Shown here: one piece after another, positions 18,236 through 28,548 of the stretch
How positions within the stretch are numbered: the stretch's first letter is position 1
Layout: every line of letters begins with the position of its first letter
Sequence record: PZ476263.1
Direction: 5' to 3' (one strand)
Source: a phage
Length of the DNA: 64,000 nucleotides
The notes under the pieces: model-generated
What the model was told of the DNA's origin: nothing
Databases searched by the model: none
Seen by the model: only the letters and a program-made list of their open reading frames with translations
Program-made: the position numbers and the translations under genes

Positions 18236-19506
18236 ATTTCTTTCTCCTCCTCTTCTTTCAGTTTTAATTTTATCTCGGCAAGTGCCTTCTTAACATAACC
18301 TACTTTGAGGTCCCTTACTTTTGAACGAATAACTTCTGGTCGTCCTTTGAATTTTTCAGCGATATCTTTACTCTCTTCAGAGATAGCTACACTGTTTTGA
18401 GTAATCCCTGCCAGTGCTGAATATAATACTTCAACAGAGTCGTACTTGTCAAACATTTTTTCTTCCCCACGTCCTCGTGCATCACAAAGACAAGCCTCTG
18501 CAAACTTCCCAAAAAATTCTTGGTCTTTTTCTCCACGTAGCCGATAGATAAGGTCATACACGGAGGTTGCTTTCATATCTTTGATTCTATGCATACGTGT
18601 ATGTTCTTCGGTCACAATCATGGCAAGCTTTTTCCAACTATTTGGAACACCCATACGATCACAAAGTTCTTCAACAATCGGAACTCCGTATTGTTCATGA
18701 CCATGAAGCTTTTTATCTCTCCAATAAATACTCTTCCCTAGGTCATGACAAAGAACAGCCCACTTAACATCCGGCGGTGACATGATCTTTTGAGCGTAGT
18801 CCAAACACAAAAAGGTATGGATCAGTGCGTCACCTTCTGGATGGTGTTTCTTCGGCTGCTCAACATAATGAAGATTGAACAGCTCAGGAAATTCACCAAG
18901 TCCTGTCAAGAAGCGGAACATAAGGCTAGGCTTATTCTTCTCAGAGTTATCCATGAGACATTTATTAATCTCTGCCCACTTGCGTTCTTTTGGTAGGTAC
19001 TTAACTTGAGCATATCCATTAAAACATGCAGTTAAAGTATCAGGGTGGATACTGAAATCATCACCATATCGAGCATATAACCTTGCAAGTCGATAAATAC
19101 GCAAAGGGTCTTCTTGGAATGCAGTTTTGGAAACACACCGCAAAGATTTTTGCTTTAGGTGCTCAATACCTCCAAATGGATCAATATACTCACCTGTTTC
19201 GAGGTCTTTTGCAATAGCGTTGATAGTTAGGTCGCGTCTTTCCAAATCTTGTTCGATAGTCACATCTGGAGAAAACACAACTTCGAAATCATGATAGCCA
19301 GGTCCTGTTGATTTTTCAGTACGGGCCAGTGCATATTCTTCTTTTGTTAACGGATCAAGGTATACAGGAAACGCCGCCCCCACTTTTGTAAATCCCTTTG
19401 CGATCATTTCTTCATGGGTTGAGCCGACGACAACATAATCTCGGTCTTTACTTTCAACACCCAGAATCTCGTCACGTACTGCACCACCAACTAAATAGAT
19501 TTTCAT
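18232..19506 (-). CDS. tRNA nucleotidyltransferase (CCA-adding enzyme) with HD domain
   Basis: N-terminal LVGGAVRDEILG (GGxVRD head motif), internal RRDLTINA, and HD-domain motif CHDLGK. Confidence 0.7.
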   Translation of the reverse strand: MKIYLVGGAVRDEILGVESKDRDYVVVGSTHEEMIAKGFTKVGAAFPVYLDPLTKEEYALARTEKSTGPGYHDFEVVFSPDVTIEQDLERRDLTINAIAKDLETGEYIDPFGGIEHLKQKSLRCVSKTAFQEDPLRIYRLARLYARYGDDFSIHPDTLTACFNGYAQVKYLPKERKWAEINKCLMDNSEKNKPSLMFRFLTGLGEFPELFNLHYVEQPKKHHPEGDALIHTFLCLDYAQKIMSPPDVKWAVLCHDLGKSIYWRDKKLHGHEQYGVPIVEELCDRMGVPNSWKKLAMIVTEEHTRMHRIKDMKATSVYDLIYRLRGEKDQEFFGKFAEACLCDARGRGEEKMFDKYDSVEVLYSALAGITQNSVAISEESKDIAEKFKGRPEVIRSKVRDLKVGYVKKALAEIKLKLKEEEEKEI

Positions 19507-19835
19507 ACTTTTTCCCCTCTTAAATTTACAGACCAGTCATCTACTTGATTTTTCCAGTCATCGTTTAATCTTCTAACCACTTTTTCACCACGTATGTACA
19601 TTAACAGATCCACAGGGTGCTTGTCAATAAAAGACACTTCATATTTTGGGTCATAACTCATGGAGAGCATTCGGATGATCCGGCTATGTTCTAAAGCCCC
19701 ATCTTCCTTTTCTACACTGATAACCTCATACCCTTCCCATGATTCTTTTATGTATATGATTCTACAAGCTACATCGTAGCCTCTTAACTCACCACGAGAA
19801 CTGAACACAGGTTTATATATTAAATGATATTTCAT
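19503..19835 (-). CDS. hypothetical protein
   Basis: ORF track, 110 aa. Confidence 0.45.
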   Translation of the reverse strand: MKYHLIYKPVFSSRGELRGYDVACRIIYIKESWEGYEVISVEKEDGALEHSRIIRMLSMSYDPKYEVSFIDKHPVDLLMYIRGEKVVRRLNDDWKNQVDDWSVNLRGEKV

Positions 19836-19887
19836 GTTGTCTCCTCATTTGATGAAATCATTATACACCATCATAAAAATAAAGCAA

Positions 19888-19918
19888 CAAAAAAGGCCAC
19901 CCGAAGGTGACCTTTAAA
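19888..19918 (-). terminator. rho-independent terminator
   Basis: Minus-strand hairpin aggtcacc-ttcg-ggtggcct followed by TTTTTT, immediately after the stop of 19920..20429. Confidence 0.55.
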
Positions 19919-19919
19919 T

Positions 19920-20429
19920 TTAAGGATTTACCCAATAGAAGGGCTTATCCAATCCTAGTTTTCCCTGCTTATCCCAAACGAAATAGGCATAAGCTGCACC
20001 ATCTGTTTTACCGTTATCGGTAAACGATGGACGCTTTGAAAGAGTGATCAAGTGATCCACCGGATACTTTTTCCAAAACTCAACTCGCTTTGTACTCTCA
20101 AGAAAACCTAAACGAAGTAACATGATAATCACATCAGCATCTTCATGTGCTTTCTCTACAAACTCCTGAGCCAAACAGTAAGGAGGGTTCGTAATAATGC
20201 AATCTACACGATTGTATTTTGTAGAAAGGTAATCAACACCTTCACGAATCTCTCCCCACGCAGAACCGATAGGTAATTCATTGTAGAATCTTCCAGATGC
20301 TCGGCAAGGTTCCAGATATGTCCAGTCATTTCTAATCGGTACGATATCTAAAAGGCAATCAACTGCCCACTCCGGAGTTTCATAAAGATCATATGCATTT
20401 CGTTCTGCTTTCGGCTTCAACGCTGCCAT
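19920..20429 (-). CDS. small N6-adenine-type methyltransferase (NPPY motif)
   Basis: CIITNPPY motif IV of amino-methyltransferases; 169 aa; DNA versus RNA target unresolved. Confidence 0.45.
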   Translation of the reverse strand: MAALKPKAERNAYDLYETPEWAVDCLLDIVPIRNDWTYLEPCRASGRFYNELPIGSAWGEIREGVDYLSTKYNRVDCIITNPPYCLAQEFVEKAHEDADVIIMLLRLGFLESTKRVEFWKKYPVDHLITLSKRPSFTDNGKTDGAAYAYFVWDKQGKLGLDKPFYWVNP

Positions 20430-21280
20430 TACTGATTAACCCCCTTTTTGATTTCAGTGATAAGAGTATCGATAGCTTCTTCCCAATTCAACTCATTCAG
20501 CTGAAGACCAAAACACTCCCCGATCTCATCGATCTCTTCTAAAGTGTACTCATTGAAGTCTTTAGGGTTAATGTCGAAAATGTTGAAGGCTTTTGTATAT
20601 CCGCAGTCCAGTTCAATTGTAAACGAACCTTCGAGAGATCCTTCTTTTTCTTCAGTAACTTCAGGACTCGGTTCGACTGCCGTTTCAACTTGTGACTCCT
20701 CCTGTTCCTCGACTTCAATCTGTTTTTTAATGATCTTGTCTTCTTGTTCAAGACGTGCTTGCATTTCTTCATGATCGAAATAGATTTCACCAGACCGTTC
20801 AAACAGCTCGGCAATTTCTTCAGGTGTCATGATGTTTTCATACATCGGCAGATATTTCTTTTTAAACAGTTTACGATAAAAATCTGTACGTGTCACCAAA
20901 TGGGCCATATCACCACCAAAACCCAACTGAACGTTGTGGAACATGTAATAAGAACCTGGACGACAGATTCGAACATGCCCTGCTAAGAAAATACCCGTTG
21001 CAGCACTTGCAACTTCACCGATCCCGTGGGTAACCACTGTTGCTTTACTTTCAGAGATGGCTGCGATGTACATGTCTTCTACATTACACAAACCGCCGCA
21101 GGATGTTACATAAAGATTAATAATGTCACCTTCCGGCGCTGTACGGATCAGGTCTACAACTTCGACATGTTGATTTGGTGAATCACCCAACTCAGTTACA
21201 TACACACGCCATTCAGTAGAGGTATGTGGAGTTGCCCAAATGTTACTCTTTTGCGGTAAAGTCATTTCCATCTCAGACAT
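20429..21280 (-). CDS. ClpP-like (S14) serine peptidase domain protein with acidic C-terminal extension
   Basis: HGIGEVASAATGIFLAG (Ser region) and YYMFHNVQLGFGG (His region) resemble the ClpP catalytic core; C-terminal ~120 aa are Glu-rich. Confidence 0.45.
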   Translation of the reverse strand: MSEMEMTLPQKSNIWATPHTSTEWRVYVTELGDSPNQHVEVVDLIRTAPEGDIINLYVTSCGGLCNVEDMYIAAISESKATVVTHGIGEVASAATGIFLAGHVRICRPGSYYMFHNVQLGFGGDMAHLVTRTDFYRKLFKKKYLPMYENIMTPEEIAELFERSGEIYFDHEEMQARLEQEDKIIKKQIEVEEQEESQVETAVEPSPEVTEEKEGSLEGSFTIELDCGYTKAFNIFDINPKDFNEYTLEEIDEIGECFGLQLNELNWEEAIDTLITEIKKGVNQ

Positions 21281-21281
21281 A

Positions 21282-21767
21282 TTAAATACCTCGCTCGTTA
21301 AGTAAATTACGGATGTTCGGTGCGTTTTGTATTACCCATTCTACTACAACAGAATGATCAGAGTCAACAATTACTTCGTGGTGACGCTTAAACATATCAA
21401 GAATCTTTTCTGCTTCTTTAACGTAACGTACTGCACGATCAACAAGAATCAGTTCATCCTTATCTTCTTGAGATACAGGGCATAACTCAGAAGGCACTGT
21501 TATTTCAGAAAGATGATTTACCAGCTCATCCCGATTACTGAACATAATGTCGACTTCTTGACTGATCGGGTAGGATCCGAATGTTAAGATTTTATCCAGC
21601 CAACTTTTATTTTCCTGCTTAAGAAGACGAGCGTCTTTAATTTTGTAACGCAGAGAAATAAACACCTGATTTGCGAGTCGCTCTAGTCGTTCAATTTCTA
21701 GAATACCGCAATTTTTTAACATCATCAATTTACGATGCTCGACTGTACCAAACATACCTTTATCCAC
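21282..21767 (-). CDS. hypothetical protein
   Basis: ORF track, 161 aa. Confidence 0.45.
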   Translation of the reverse strand: MDKGMFGTVEHRKLMMLKNCGILEIERLERLANQVFISLRYKIKDARLLKQENKSWLDKILTFGSYPISQEVDIMFSNRDELVNHLSEITVPSELCPVSQEDKDELILVDRAVRYVKEAEKILDMFKRHHEVIVDSDHSVVVEWVIQNAPNIRNLLNERGI

Positions 21768-21776
21768 TAAAACCCC

Positions 21777-22127
21777 CTAGATCGCAACTAAATATTTAAA
21801 TGTACCATTCTCTCGACTTAATTCAAAAATAACATAGAACCAAACATCATGCCCTGATTCGTTTTCGACTAATACGCGATCACCTTGTTTTAATTCTATT
21901 CCTGAAATGTACTCTTGAGATTCTGTAAAATAACGCCAACGAGACATTTCTTTAAACGAACAGATTAGTTCGCATTTCCCATCTACTGACCAAAGATCTT
22001 GGTTTACCCAATTACCAACCACAAACTCATTAGACTTCTTATACTTACCCAAGGAGTACACTGAATTTAATCGTTTAGCCTTTTCTGATTCCACGTTTAT
22101 TCTCCATGTTTTGTAAGAATGTTTCAA
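21777..22127 (-). CDS. hypothetical protein
   Basis: ORF track, 116 aa; overlaps the end of the upstream gene, so the true start may be internal. Confidence 0.4.
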   Translation of the reverse strand: MKHSYKTWRINVESEKAKRLNSVYSLGKYKKSNEFVVGNWVNQDLWSVDGKCELICSFKEMSRWRYFTESQEYISGIELKQGDRVLVENESGHDVWFYVIFELSRENGTFKYLVAI

Positions 22128-22698
22128 GGACGGACAAGTTCTCTTCTTTCCACAGATTCAGAGTACGTATCCCATGCTTTTTAGCCATATTCACTGCGGA
22201 GGCTGTTCCGCCTAAAGCGTTACCGCTTCTTGTTTCTTTAGCGTAGTATATAACAAACTTACTCGATGTCAAGTAAGCATTTGACAAATCTGCACCAAAT
22301 ACTTGGTGAATATTACGCTCATGCAATTTTCTAGCTCCTTGACTCAACCTCTCCCAGCCACCATGTACTTCTTTAACCCATTCCCATCGCATCTCTTTCA
22401 TTTCAGGATTTAATTTGTCCAAGGTATCTAAATCGATATTGTAAATATCGAGAAGTCCTTCACCACCTTTAAAATTTTTCCAAGGTACATAAATTTCAGC
22501 TATTGTTTTTGGTGATTGGGTCATATTGCAATCCTTATGGTATCTTTGAGCACCCCTTTGAAATGCTGCATCTGCACCATTTGCTCCACCGGATCTCAAT
22601 ACTAAGCCAATCCTTGCTAAACGATAACCTGTATCCTCCATTATGTCAATTACATTTGGAGGTGTTTCTCTTGACCCTATTCCTGTATAAGCTGCCAT
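22075..22698 (-). CDS. hypothetical protein, possibly DprA/SLOG-like Rossmann fold
   Basis: N-terminal YTGIGSRETP...RSGGANGADAA resembles DprA/Smf-type nucleotide-binding motifs; weak. Confidence 0.4.
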   Translation of the reverse strand: MAAYTGIGSRETPPNVIDIMEDTGYRLARIGLVLRSGGANGADAAFQRGAQRYHKDCNMTQSPKTIAEIYVPWKNFKGGEGLLDIYNIDLDTLDKLNPEMKEMRWEWVKEVHGGWERLSQGARKLHERNIHQVFGADLSNAYLTSSKFVIYYAKETRSGNALGGTASAVNMAKKHGIRTLNLWKEENLSVLETFLQNMENKRGIRKG

Positions 22699-23169
22699 TT
22701 AATCAACCTCCCAACCATATGAAGTTTTTCTCCATAACCTCTGATTATCAGATCCACGGAATTTCTTCTCAGTGGGATTATCTTTTTCAAACTTACCGTC
22801 TATTATTACATCTGTCAAAATTTTAATTTCTTCAGGTATGTTTTCAAAAGTGTATCCCGTCCATAAATAAATATCTTTCGAACCTCCAAACTTCTTCCTT
22901 ACCGAATTTAAAATATCAATAACAAATTCGATATTTTCTGAGTCGAGAGGCTCACCACCCAAAACTGAAAGACCTTTAATGAATGGTCGGGATAAGTCTG
23001 CAAGTAATTTTTCCTGGTCCTCTTCTGTATATAACTTACCGGAAGTATAGGACCAGAATTTTTTATTAAAACATCCCTTGCATTTGTGGCTACACCCACT
23101 AACCCATAAAGACGTTCTAACCCCATCCCCATTTATGAGGTCTGTGTTTTCGTAGCCACAAATATTCAC
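22699..23169 (-). CDS. nrdG: anaerobic ribonucleotide reductase activating protein
   Basis: VSGCSHKCKGCFNK radical-SAM-type Cys cluster; 156 aa; immediately downstream of nrdD with a 4-nt overlap. Confidence 0.7.
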   Translation of the reverse strand: MNICGYENTDLINGDGVRTSLWVSGCSHKCKGCFNKKFWSYTSGKLYTEEDQEKLLADLSRPFIKGLSVLGGEPLDSENIEFVIDILNSVRKKFGGSKDIYLWTGYTFENIPEEIKILTDVIIDGKFEKDNPTEKKFRGSDNQRLWRKTSYGWEVD

Positions 23170-25253
23170 CGATGCTTCTCCCTTTGTAAGACTTCTTGCA
23201 TTTTACCTTTATTATAAGGTCTTGAGTTAGGTGCTGACAAATATCCAGATACCCGTCGAATCACCGATATCGTCCCTTCTTCATTGTTTCCACAACACGG
23301 ACATTCAAATCCTTTAGCTGTAGCATTGAACTCCCCAGAGAAATTACATTTAAAACACTGGTCTACTGGTTGGTTAATCCCGAAGTAAGGAATAGTATCA
23401 TAGCCGTAATCGATCAAAGTTTCAAGAGCTTCCATATTATTTTTCAAATTTGGAGTCTCCACGTAGCCAATATTGCCACCGCTACTGATTGTCGCAAAAC
23501 CTTTCTCATAATTCCACTTGCTGAAAGGATCAGACAGTTCCCAAACAGGTAAATGAAAAGAGTTCGTCAGGTAATCCCTGTTCATTTCTTCAGGGAACTT
23601 CTCTTTCAGTTTTGTAGCGAAACGATAGCATAAGCTTTCAGCAGGCGTACCGTACAGACTAAAAGATAAACGAGAACGCTCTTTAAACTCATCACATTTT
23701 AACTTCATATGATTAAGTACCATAATCGCCAACGTTTTATCAAGATCTCCGGTTACAATCTTTATAGCTTCTGCAAGACCGACGTAACCTATACTAATTG
23801 AGGCATACCCATCATAAAACAACTTACCGATCTTTTCTTCAGGCTCTAATCGGGAAAGTGCACCCTCTACAAAAAGTGTTGGGTTCTGCCCTGCTTTTAC
23901 ATCCTTTAAGCGATCAACCCGAACCATTTGAGCTTCATATGCCTTTTCCATATGCTTATCTAACGATTCATAAAAATCACAGCCGATAGTTTTAGATTCT
24001 GCTGCAATTAAAGGTAGGTTTATTGAAACAACCCCCAAATTAAAACGTCCGTCGTATTTTTCTCCGTTATCTGTCGTAAATTTTGACAGGAAGCTCCTAC
24101 ATCCCATGCTTGTTACCTTACCTTCTGTAGAACCCGTAACTTCTTTATTTAAAGGAACCGAAATAAAATCAGGATAGATTCTTTCAACACAACAATCCAT
24201 CGCCAACTTCTTAAGATCGTAGTTCGGATCTTCAGGTTTCATGTTCACACCATCTTGAAGGAAGAAAACTACCTTCGGAAAAACAGGTGTTACACGATCC
24301 TTTCCCAAGCCCCCAACATGAACCTTAAAATAGTTCTTAGTTATCATCCTACCAAAAACAGAAGTGTCTAAACCCAGACTAATAGTTATAAAAGGAGATT
24401 GACCGTTAACACTCATCAACGTATTTACTTGATACAACAATGTTTGCATCGCATCGTAAACGTCACGATCCGTCATTTCCATTGCTTTATCTTTATCTAC
24501 CACTCCGATATCTTCGAGTAGTTTTACGTTCTTCTTATAACTCATTTCTGCGTATTGCTTAAGCCCTTCATCGATATGGGCACAAGTTTGTCCACCATAC
24601 TGACTAGAGGCAACAGCTTGGATTATCTGGGTAAGTACAGTTGTTGCAACACCGATAGATTTAGGCTTTTCAATCTTTGCATTACCAATCTTAAATCCAT
24701 TTTCCAACATGTCGCGATAATTAACAAGGCAACAGTTTGTCAGTGGACTGATCAGGTAATCCAAATCATGAATGTGACCGTAACCATCATTGTGCCAAGC
24801 TGCAAGGTCTTTCGGTAAGATCTGACTTGTTGCTACATGCTTACTTAGGATACCTGCTAAAAGATCACGATGACTATTTACCAAGTTCGCTGGCTTGTTT
24901 GCATTTTCTCTCGTAAACTCTTCTGCGGATTGATCAAGAAATCCAGAGATATCTGAATAAAGTTTACCTTTACCTTCTCGATAGCTATCACGATCATGTC
25001 GATATTCAATATATTTTCGTGCAGCATCACGAGTCACCTTTGAACTCATCATGATATTCTCTACAGCTGTATGAATACTTTCTACAGAGATTGTATCATT
25101 ACCTTCTAATGACTTAACCACTTTTGCTGTAACGTTATTTGAAATCTTTTCATTTTTGATTTCACCTGCTGAAAAAAGAGCGGCCTCCACTGCCGCTTTA
25201 ATTTTCAAACTATCAAATGCTTCCTTGCAACCATCCCTTTTTATAACATTCAC
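23166..25253 (-). CDS. nrdD: anaerobic ribonucleoside-triphosphate reductase
   Basis: 695 aa; N-terminal MNVIKRDGCKEAFD, C-terminal Zn ribbon CFKCNFSGEF...CPCCGN and glycyl-radical tail RRVSGYL, closely matching recalled E. coli NrdD. Confidence 0.8.
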   Translation of the reverse strand: MNVIKRDGCKEAFDSLKIKAAVEAALFSAGEIKNEKISNNVTAKVVKSLEGNDTISVESIHTAVENIMMSSKVTRDAARKYIEYRHDRDSYREGKGKLYSDISGFLDQSAEEFTRENANKPANLVNSHRDLLAGILSKHVATSQILPKDLAAWHNDGYGHIHDLDYLISPLTNCCLVNYRDMLENGFKIGNAKIEKPKSIGVATTVLTQIIQAVASSQYGGQTCAHIDEGLKQYAEMSYKKNVKLLEDIGVVDKDKAMEMTDRDVYDAMQTLLYQVNTLMSVNGQSPFITISLGLDTSVFGRMITKNYFKVHVGGLGKDRVTPVFPKVVFFLQDGVNMKPEDPNYDLKKLAMDCCVERIYPDFISVPLNKEVTGSTEGKVTSMGCRSFLSKFTTDNGEKYDGRFNLGVVSINLPLIAAESKTIGCDFYESLDKHMEKAYEAQMVRVDRLKDVKAGQNPTLFVEGALSRLEPEEKIGKLFYDGYASISIGYVGLAEAIKIVTGDLDKTLAIMVLNHMKLKCDEFKERSRLSFSLYGTPAESLCYRFATKLKEKFPEEMNRDYLTNSFHLPVWELSDPFSKWNYEKGFATISSGGNIGYVETPNLKNNMEALETLIDYGYDTIPYFGINQPVDQCFKCNFSGEFNATAKGFECPCCGNNEEGTISVIRRVSGYLSAPNSRPYNKGKMQEVLQREKHR

Positions 25254-25255
25254 TA

Positions 25256-25999
25256 TTAACGACCTCCAAGATCTCGTTCACGAGCTTTAACAACTGCCTT
25301 ACAGAATCCACCACGAACAATCTCATCACTTGTGGTTTCAACGAAATCTGCAAAATCAAACAGATTGTGTCGGTCGATAAATTCAATCGCCCATTCCAAC
25401 CCTGTCTCCCGATTACGCATATCATTCTGAGAAATATCGCCCAAACAAACCAGTTTTGAACCTTCTGCAAGTCGAGTCATGATCGTGTATGCTGTATCTT
25501 CATCGGTGTTTTGGAATTCATCAATGATAACAACCGCATTTTCAAAAGAACGACCACGAATATACTCCAAAGGCACAAACTCAATGTTACCACAACCAAC
25601 CTGAGTCTCAAAGAATCCATGACCATATCGTTGTTGGATAACTTGAATCATAGGCTGAAGATAAGGTTCGAATTTTTCTCGAACTGTACCAGGCAGCAAA
25701 CCTAAGCTATTCCCCATTCCCAATGTAGGGCGAGAAAGAACGATCTTGTCAATCTTGCCCTGCTTTAACCAATCAATAACGGTACTCATAATAATAAACG
25801 TCTTACCTGTACCAGCCGGAGCATTCACGAACACTGCATCCTTAGTATTTACAAGAGATAACAGTTTTTCTTGAAAGCGGTTTTTCGGTCGGACTGGTTT
25901 TTTCAACTCTTCAAAAGCTTTCGGTGCTACTTGACGGCCTTTTACTCGTTTCTCTTCACGGCGTTCCTGACGAGATTTACGGTTTGTATGACGTTGCAT
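25256..25999 (-). CDS. phoH: PhoH-like ATPase
   Basis: Walker A VNAPAGTGKTF and Walker B VVIIDEFQN in a PhoH-like arrangement. Confidence 0.7.
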   Translation of the reverse strand: MQRHTNRKSRQERREEKRVKGRQVAPKAFEELKKPVRPKNRFQEKLLSLVNTKDAVFVNAPAGTGKTFIIMSTVIDWLKQGKIDKIVLSRPTLGMGNSLGLLPGTVREKFEPYLQPMIQVIQQRYGHGFFETQVGCGNIEFVPLEYIRGRSFENAVVIIDEFQNTDEDTAYTIMTRLAEGSKLVCLGDISQNDMRNRETGLEWAIEFIDRHNLFDFADFVETTSDEIVRGGFCKAVVKARERDLGGR

Positions 26000-26017
26000 A
26001 ATAAGTACCTCTCTAGG

Positions 26018-26404
26018 TTAAGGATAAGTTTTTGAAGGGAGTTGGAAATGTGGACCATCTTTAAAAGATTTCCAGTCACCACCCCATTCGATCTGTATAT
26101 TCAACTCCTTTGCTGCATTCTTCATTGCTTCTGCCACTGGGTAGTAATATTTCCAATCCCAAGTAACAGAGCCGTTAACCAAAGGCCACAGGTCAACTGC
26201 GTGTCCGGTAAGATGACGACTGTTCATCGTTTTACTCTTCCCTTCCGCTACATATTTACGCTGTGTTTCTATTGTACGTAATCCTTCCCCCACTGTAAAG
26301 TCAATTTCGCTTTTTTCTATCGCCAATTTGACAACTTTAACGAGGTCAGGATGAACGCCCTTAAGGCGTTCAAGACTGCGTGTACCTAATTTAAATCCCA
26401 TCAA
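26018..26404 (-). CDS. endolysin, L-alanyl-D-glutamate peptidase (T5-type, M15-like)
   Basis: 128 aa; SRHLTGHAVDL and WGGDW motifs and overall similarity to recalled T5 endolysin. Confidence 0.65.
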   Translation of the reverse strand: MMGFKLGTRSLERLKGVHPDLVKVVKLAIEKSEIDFTVGEGLRTIETQRKYVAEGKSKTMNSRHLTGHAVDLWPLVNGSVTWDWKYYYPVAEAMKNAAKELNIQIEWGGDWKSFKDGPHFQLPSKTYP

Positions 26405-26409
26405 ATCTC

Positions 26410-26820
26410 CTAGTGAGTTACTTTAGTTTTTACAAATCCAAGGTTCAAATTATCTTGGATCTCTTGAAGCCCAACTGCCATTTTCAGTTGAACTTCATTG
26501 ATCGCTGCCATATAGTCCAGTTCATCAGAGAATCGTTGAAGATGCTCTGTGGATAAAGAATCCATATTTTCAGCGATACAATTCTGCATTTCTTTTTCAT
26601 ATTCTTCTGAAGTCAAAGTTTCAACCACACGACTTTGGAATTTGATCTTTTCCATATCTTCTTCAGTCTTATCTTCAATGCCCTTCAGGAAGTCGAGGGT
26701 CATCACCGCAATCTCAATATTCGGAGCAGTAGCTTGTTCTGTTACTGCACGGGCGATCTTGTGGAGAAGTTTTTCACGTACAGTCAGTTCGGATTCGATT
26801 TTTGCATTTACATCAGTCAT
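26410..26820 (-). CDS. hypothetical protein
   Basis: ORF track, 136 aa, helical/acidic. Confidence 0.45.
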   Translation of the reverse strand: MTDVNAKIESELTVREKLLHKIARAVTEQATAPNIEIAVMTLDFLKGIEDKTEEDMEKIKFQSRVVETLTSEEYEKEMQNCIAENMDSLSTEHLQRFSDELDYMAAINEVQLKMAVGLQEIQDNLNLGFVKTKVTH

Positions 26821-27110
26821 TATAAGTCTCCCAGGTCATCTTCAGTGAAATCAACGTTTACATTACTTGGCAAATTCAAAGCTACCAACTCAGTATAGCC
26901 ACCCACATACTTATTGTCAATAATAATTTGAGGTACAGTACGAGGCGGAAACTTAGTATGTTCCGTAACTTCAACAACCATACGTTCCAAGTTCTTAGGG
27001 TTTGCCGCAACATCAATATATTCAAAATCGTAAGCCTTGTTATGTAACAGTTCTTTAGCACGATCACAATATGGGCAGTTAGGCTTTCCAAAAACTACAA
27101 TACTCATCAC
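26820..27110 (-). CDS. glutaredoxin
   Basis: CPYC active site near the N-terminus and TVPQIIIDNKYVGG motif; 96 aa. Confidence 0.65.
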   Translation of the reverse strand: MMSIVVFGKPNCPYCDRAKELLHNKAYDFEYIDVAANPKNLERMVVEVTEHTKFPPRTVPQIIIDNKYVGGYTELVALNLPSNVNVDFTEDDLGDL

Positions 27111-27137
27111 TCAATCTCCTTTAATACACTGATGTTA

Positions 27138-27344
27138 TTATTTCACTTGCTTAAATGTCGCAAGAACTTCTGAATCCAGATCGTAATAATCTTTTCGAAC
27201 TTTCAAGTCTTCATTGAGTGCCCAAGGAATGTCTGTACCCTCTTCATGAACATATTCATAACCCGTAGAACTTTTATAAATTTTTCCAGGTACAAAAACG
27301 AAATCTTTGTTTGCAGTTACACACTCTACATTAATATCTAACAT
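27138..27344 (-). CDS. hypothetical protein
   Basis: ORF track, 68 aa. Confidence 0.4.
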   Translation of the reverse strand: MLDINVECVTANKDFVFVPGKIYKSSTGYEYVHEEGTDIPWALNEDLKVRKDYYDLDSEVLATFKQVK

Positions 27345-27391
27345 TATTCAACTCCTTAAGTAAAGGGCCTTACGGCCCTTATTGATTCTAA

Positions 27392-28489
27392 TCACAGTTC
27401 CATATCAAAGTCGTTTGCACTTACGGATGCATCAACCTGTCCTGACAGATATTGACCATTCTCCAGTTCCTGTGGTGTAACCTGAACATTTTTAGTGTTC
27501 AGATGGCTATTCGTCCAAGGGATCGGGTTTTTCAGTGGTTTGTCTGAGAAACTGCTCAATCCAGCTGCTCGCATACGTTCATCTGCCATATAATCAACAT
27601 ATTGCCACAGAATTTCTTTATTCAGACCAACCATAGACCCGTCTTTAAAGAGGTACTCTGCCCAATCACGCTCTTGTTGACGTGCCTGTAAGAATAAATC
27701 TTCTGCTTCTTCTTTGGAATCTTCGGCTACACGCGCCATAAGATCACCTTCCCCGCCATTCTGCATTTCTTTCAGGATATACTGCGTCCCTGACATATGA
27801 AGAGCTTCATCACGGGCGATCAGTTCGATGATGTTTGTATTGCCTGTCATCAAAGAACGCTCACCGAATGCAAAAGAACAGGCGAAGCTAACATAAAAAC
27901 GAATCGCTTCCAATGCGTTAATGCTGTGCATACAAAGATAAAGCGCTCGTGCGTGAGTATATTCGCAAACTGGCAGACCTAATGCATATCGGCAGTTAAT
28001 CTCAAATAACTCATCATACAACTTCGTTACTGCCTCTGCTCGCTGGAGAATCTCCGGCGTTTTCATAATATCATCAAGAATCGCAGAAGGATCACTAAAT
28101 ACATTTCGAATAATGTGTGTATAGGATCGACTATGGATTGTCTCACTGAAACCCCAAGTCTCGATCCATGTTTCCAAAGCTGGATCAGATACAATTGGGA
28201 GTAATACAGCGTTCGGACCACGCCCCTGAACGGAGTCCAACAACGTTTGGTATTTAAGGTTGCTAATAAAAATGTGTTTTTCATGATCAGGAAGTCCCAT
28301 AAAGTCAATACGGTCACGAGAAACATCGATTTCTTCTGGTCGCCAGAAAAACGCCAATTGTTTTTCAGTCAACTTTTCAAATTTACGATGCTTTTGTTTA
28401 TCATAACGAGAAACGTTAACACTCTCACCAAAGAACATAGGTTGTTTCATAAAATCAAACTGGTTTTTATTAAAAGTCGTGTAACTCAC
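27392..28489 (-). CDS. nrdB: ribonucleotide reductase class Ia beta subunit
   Basis: 365 aa; near-collinear with recalled E. coli NrdB (MxYTTF..., FWRPEE(I/V)DVSRD, iron ligands in [12 protein letters not shown] and IARDEALH). Confidence 0.8.
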   Translation of the reverse strand: MSYTTFNKNQFDFMKQPMFFGESVNVSRYDKQKHRKFEKLTEKQLAFFWRPEEIDVSRDRIDFMGLPDHEKHIFISNLKYQTLLDSVQGRGPNAVLLPIVSDPALETWIETWGFSETIHSRSYTHIIRNVFSDPSAILDDIMKTPEILQRAEAVTKLYDELFEINCRYALGLPVCEYTHARALYLCMHSINALEAIRFYVSFACSFAFGERSLMTGNTNIIELIARDEALHMSGTQYILKEMQNGGEGDLMARVAEDSKEEAEDLFLQARQQERDWAEYLFKDGSMVGLNKEILWQYVDYMADERMRAAGLSSFSDKPLKNPIPWTNSHLNTKNVQVTPQELENGQYLSGQVDASVSANDFDMEL

Positions 28490-28548
28490 TATTCTCTCCT
28501 CTCTTCTCTTTCATTATGTGAATCATTATACAGATTATTTTAAAAGAA

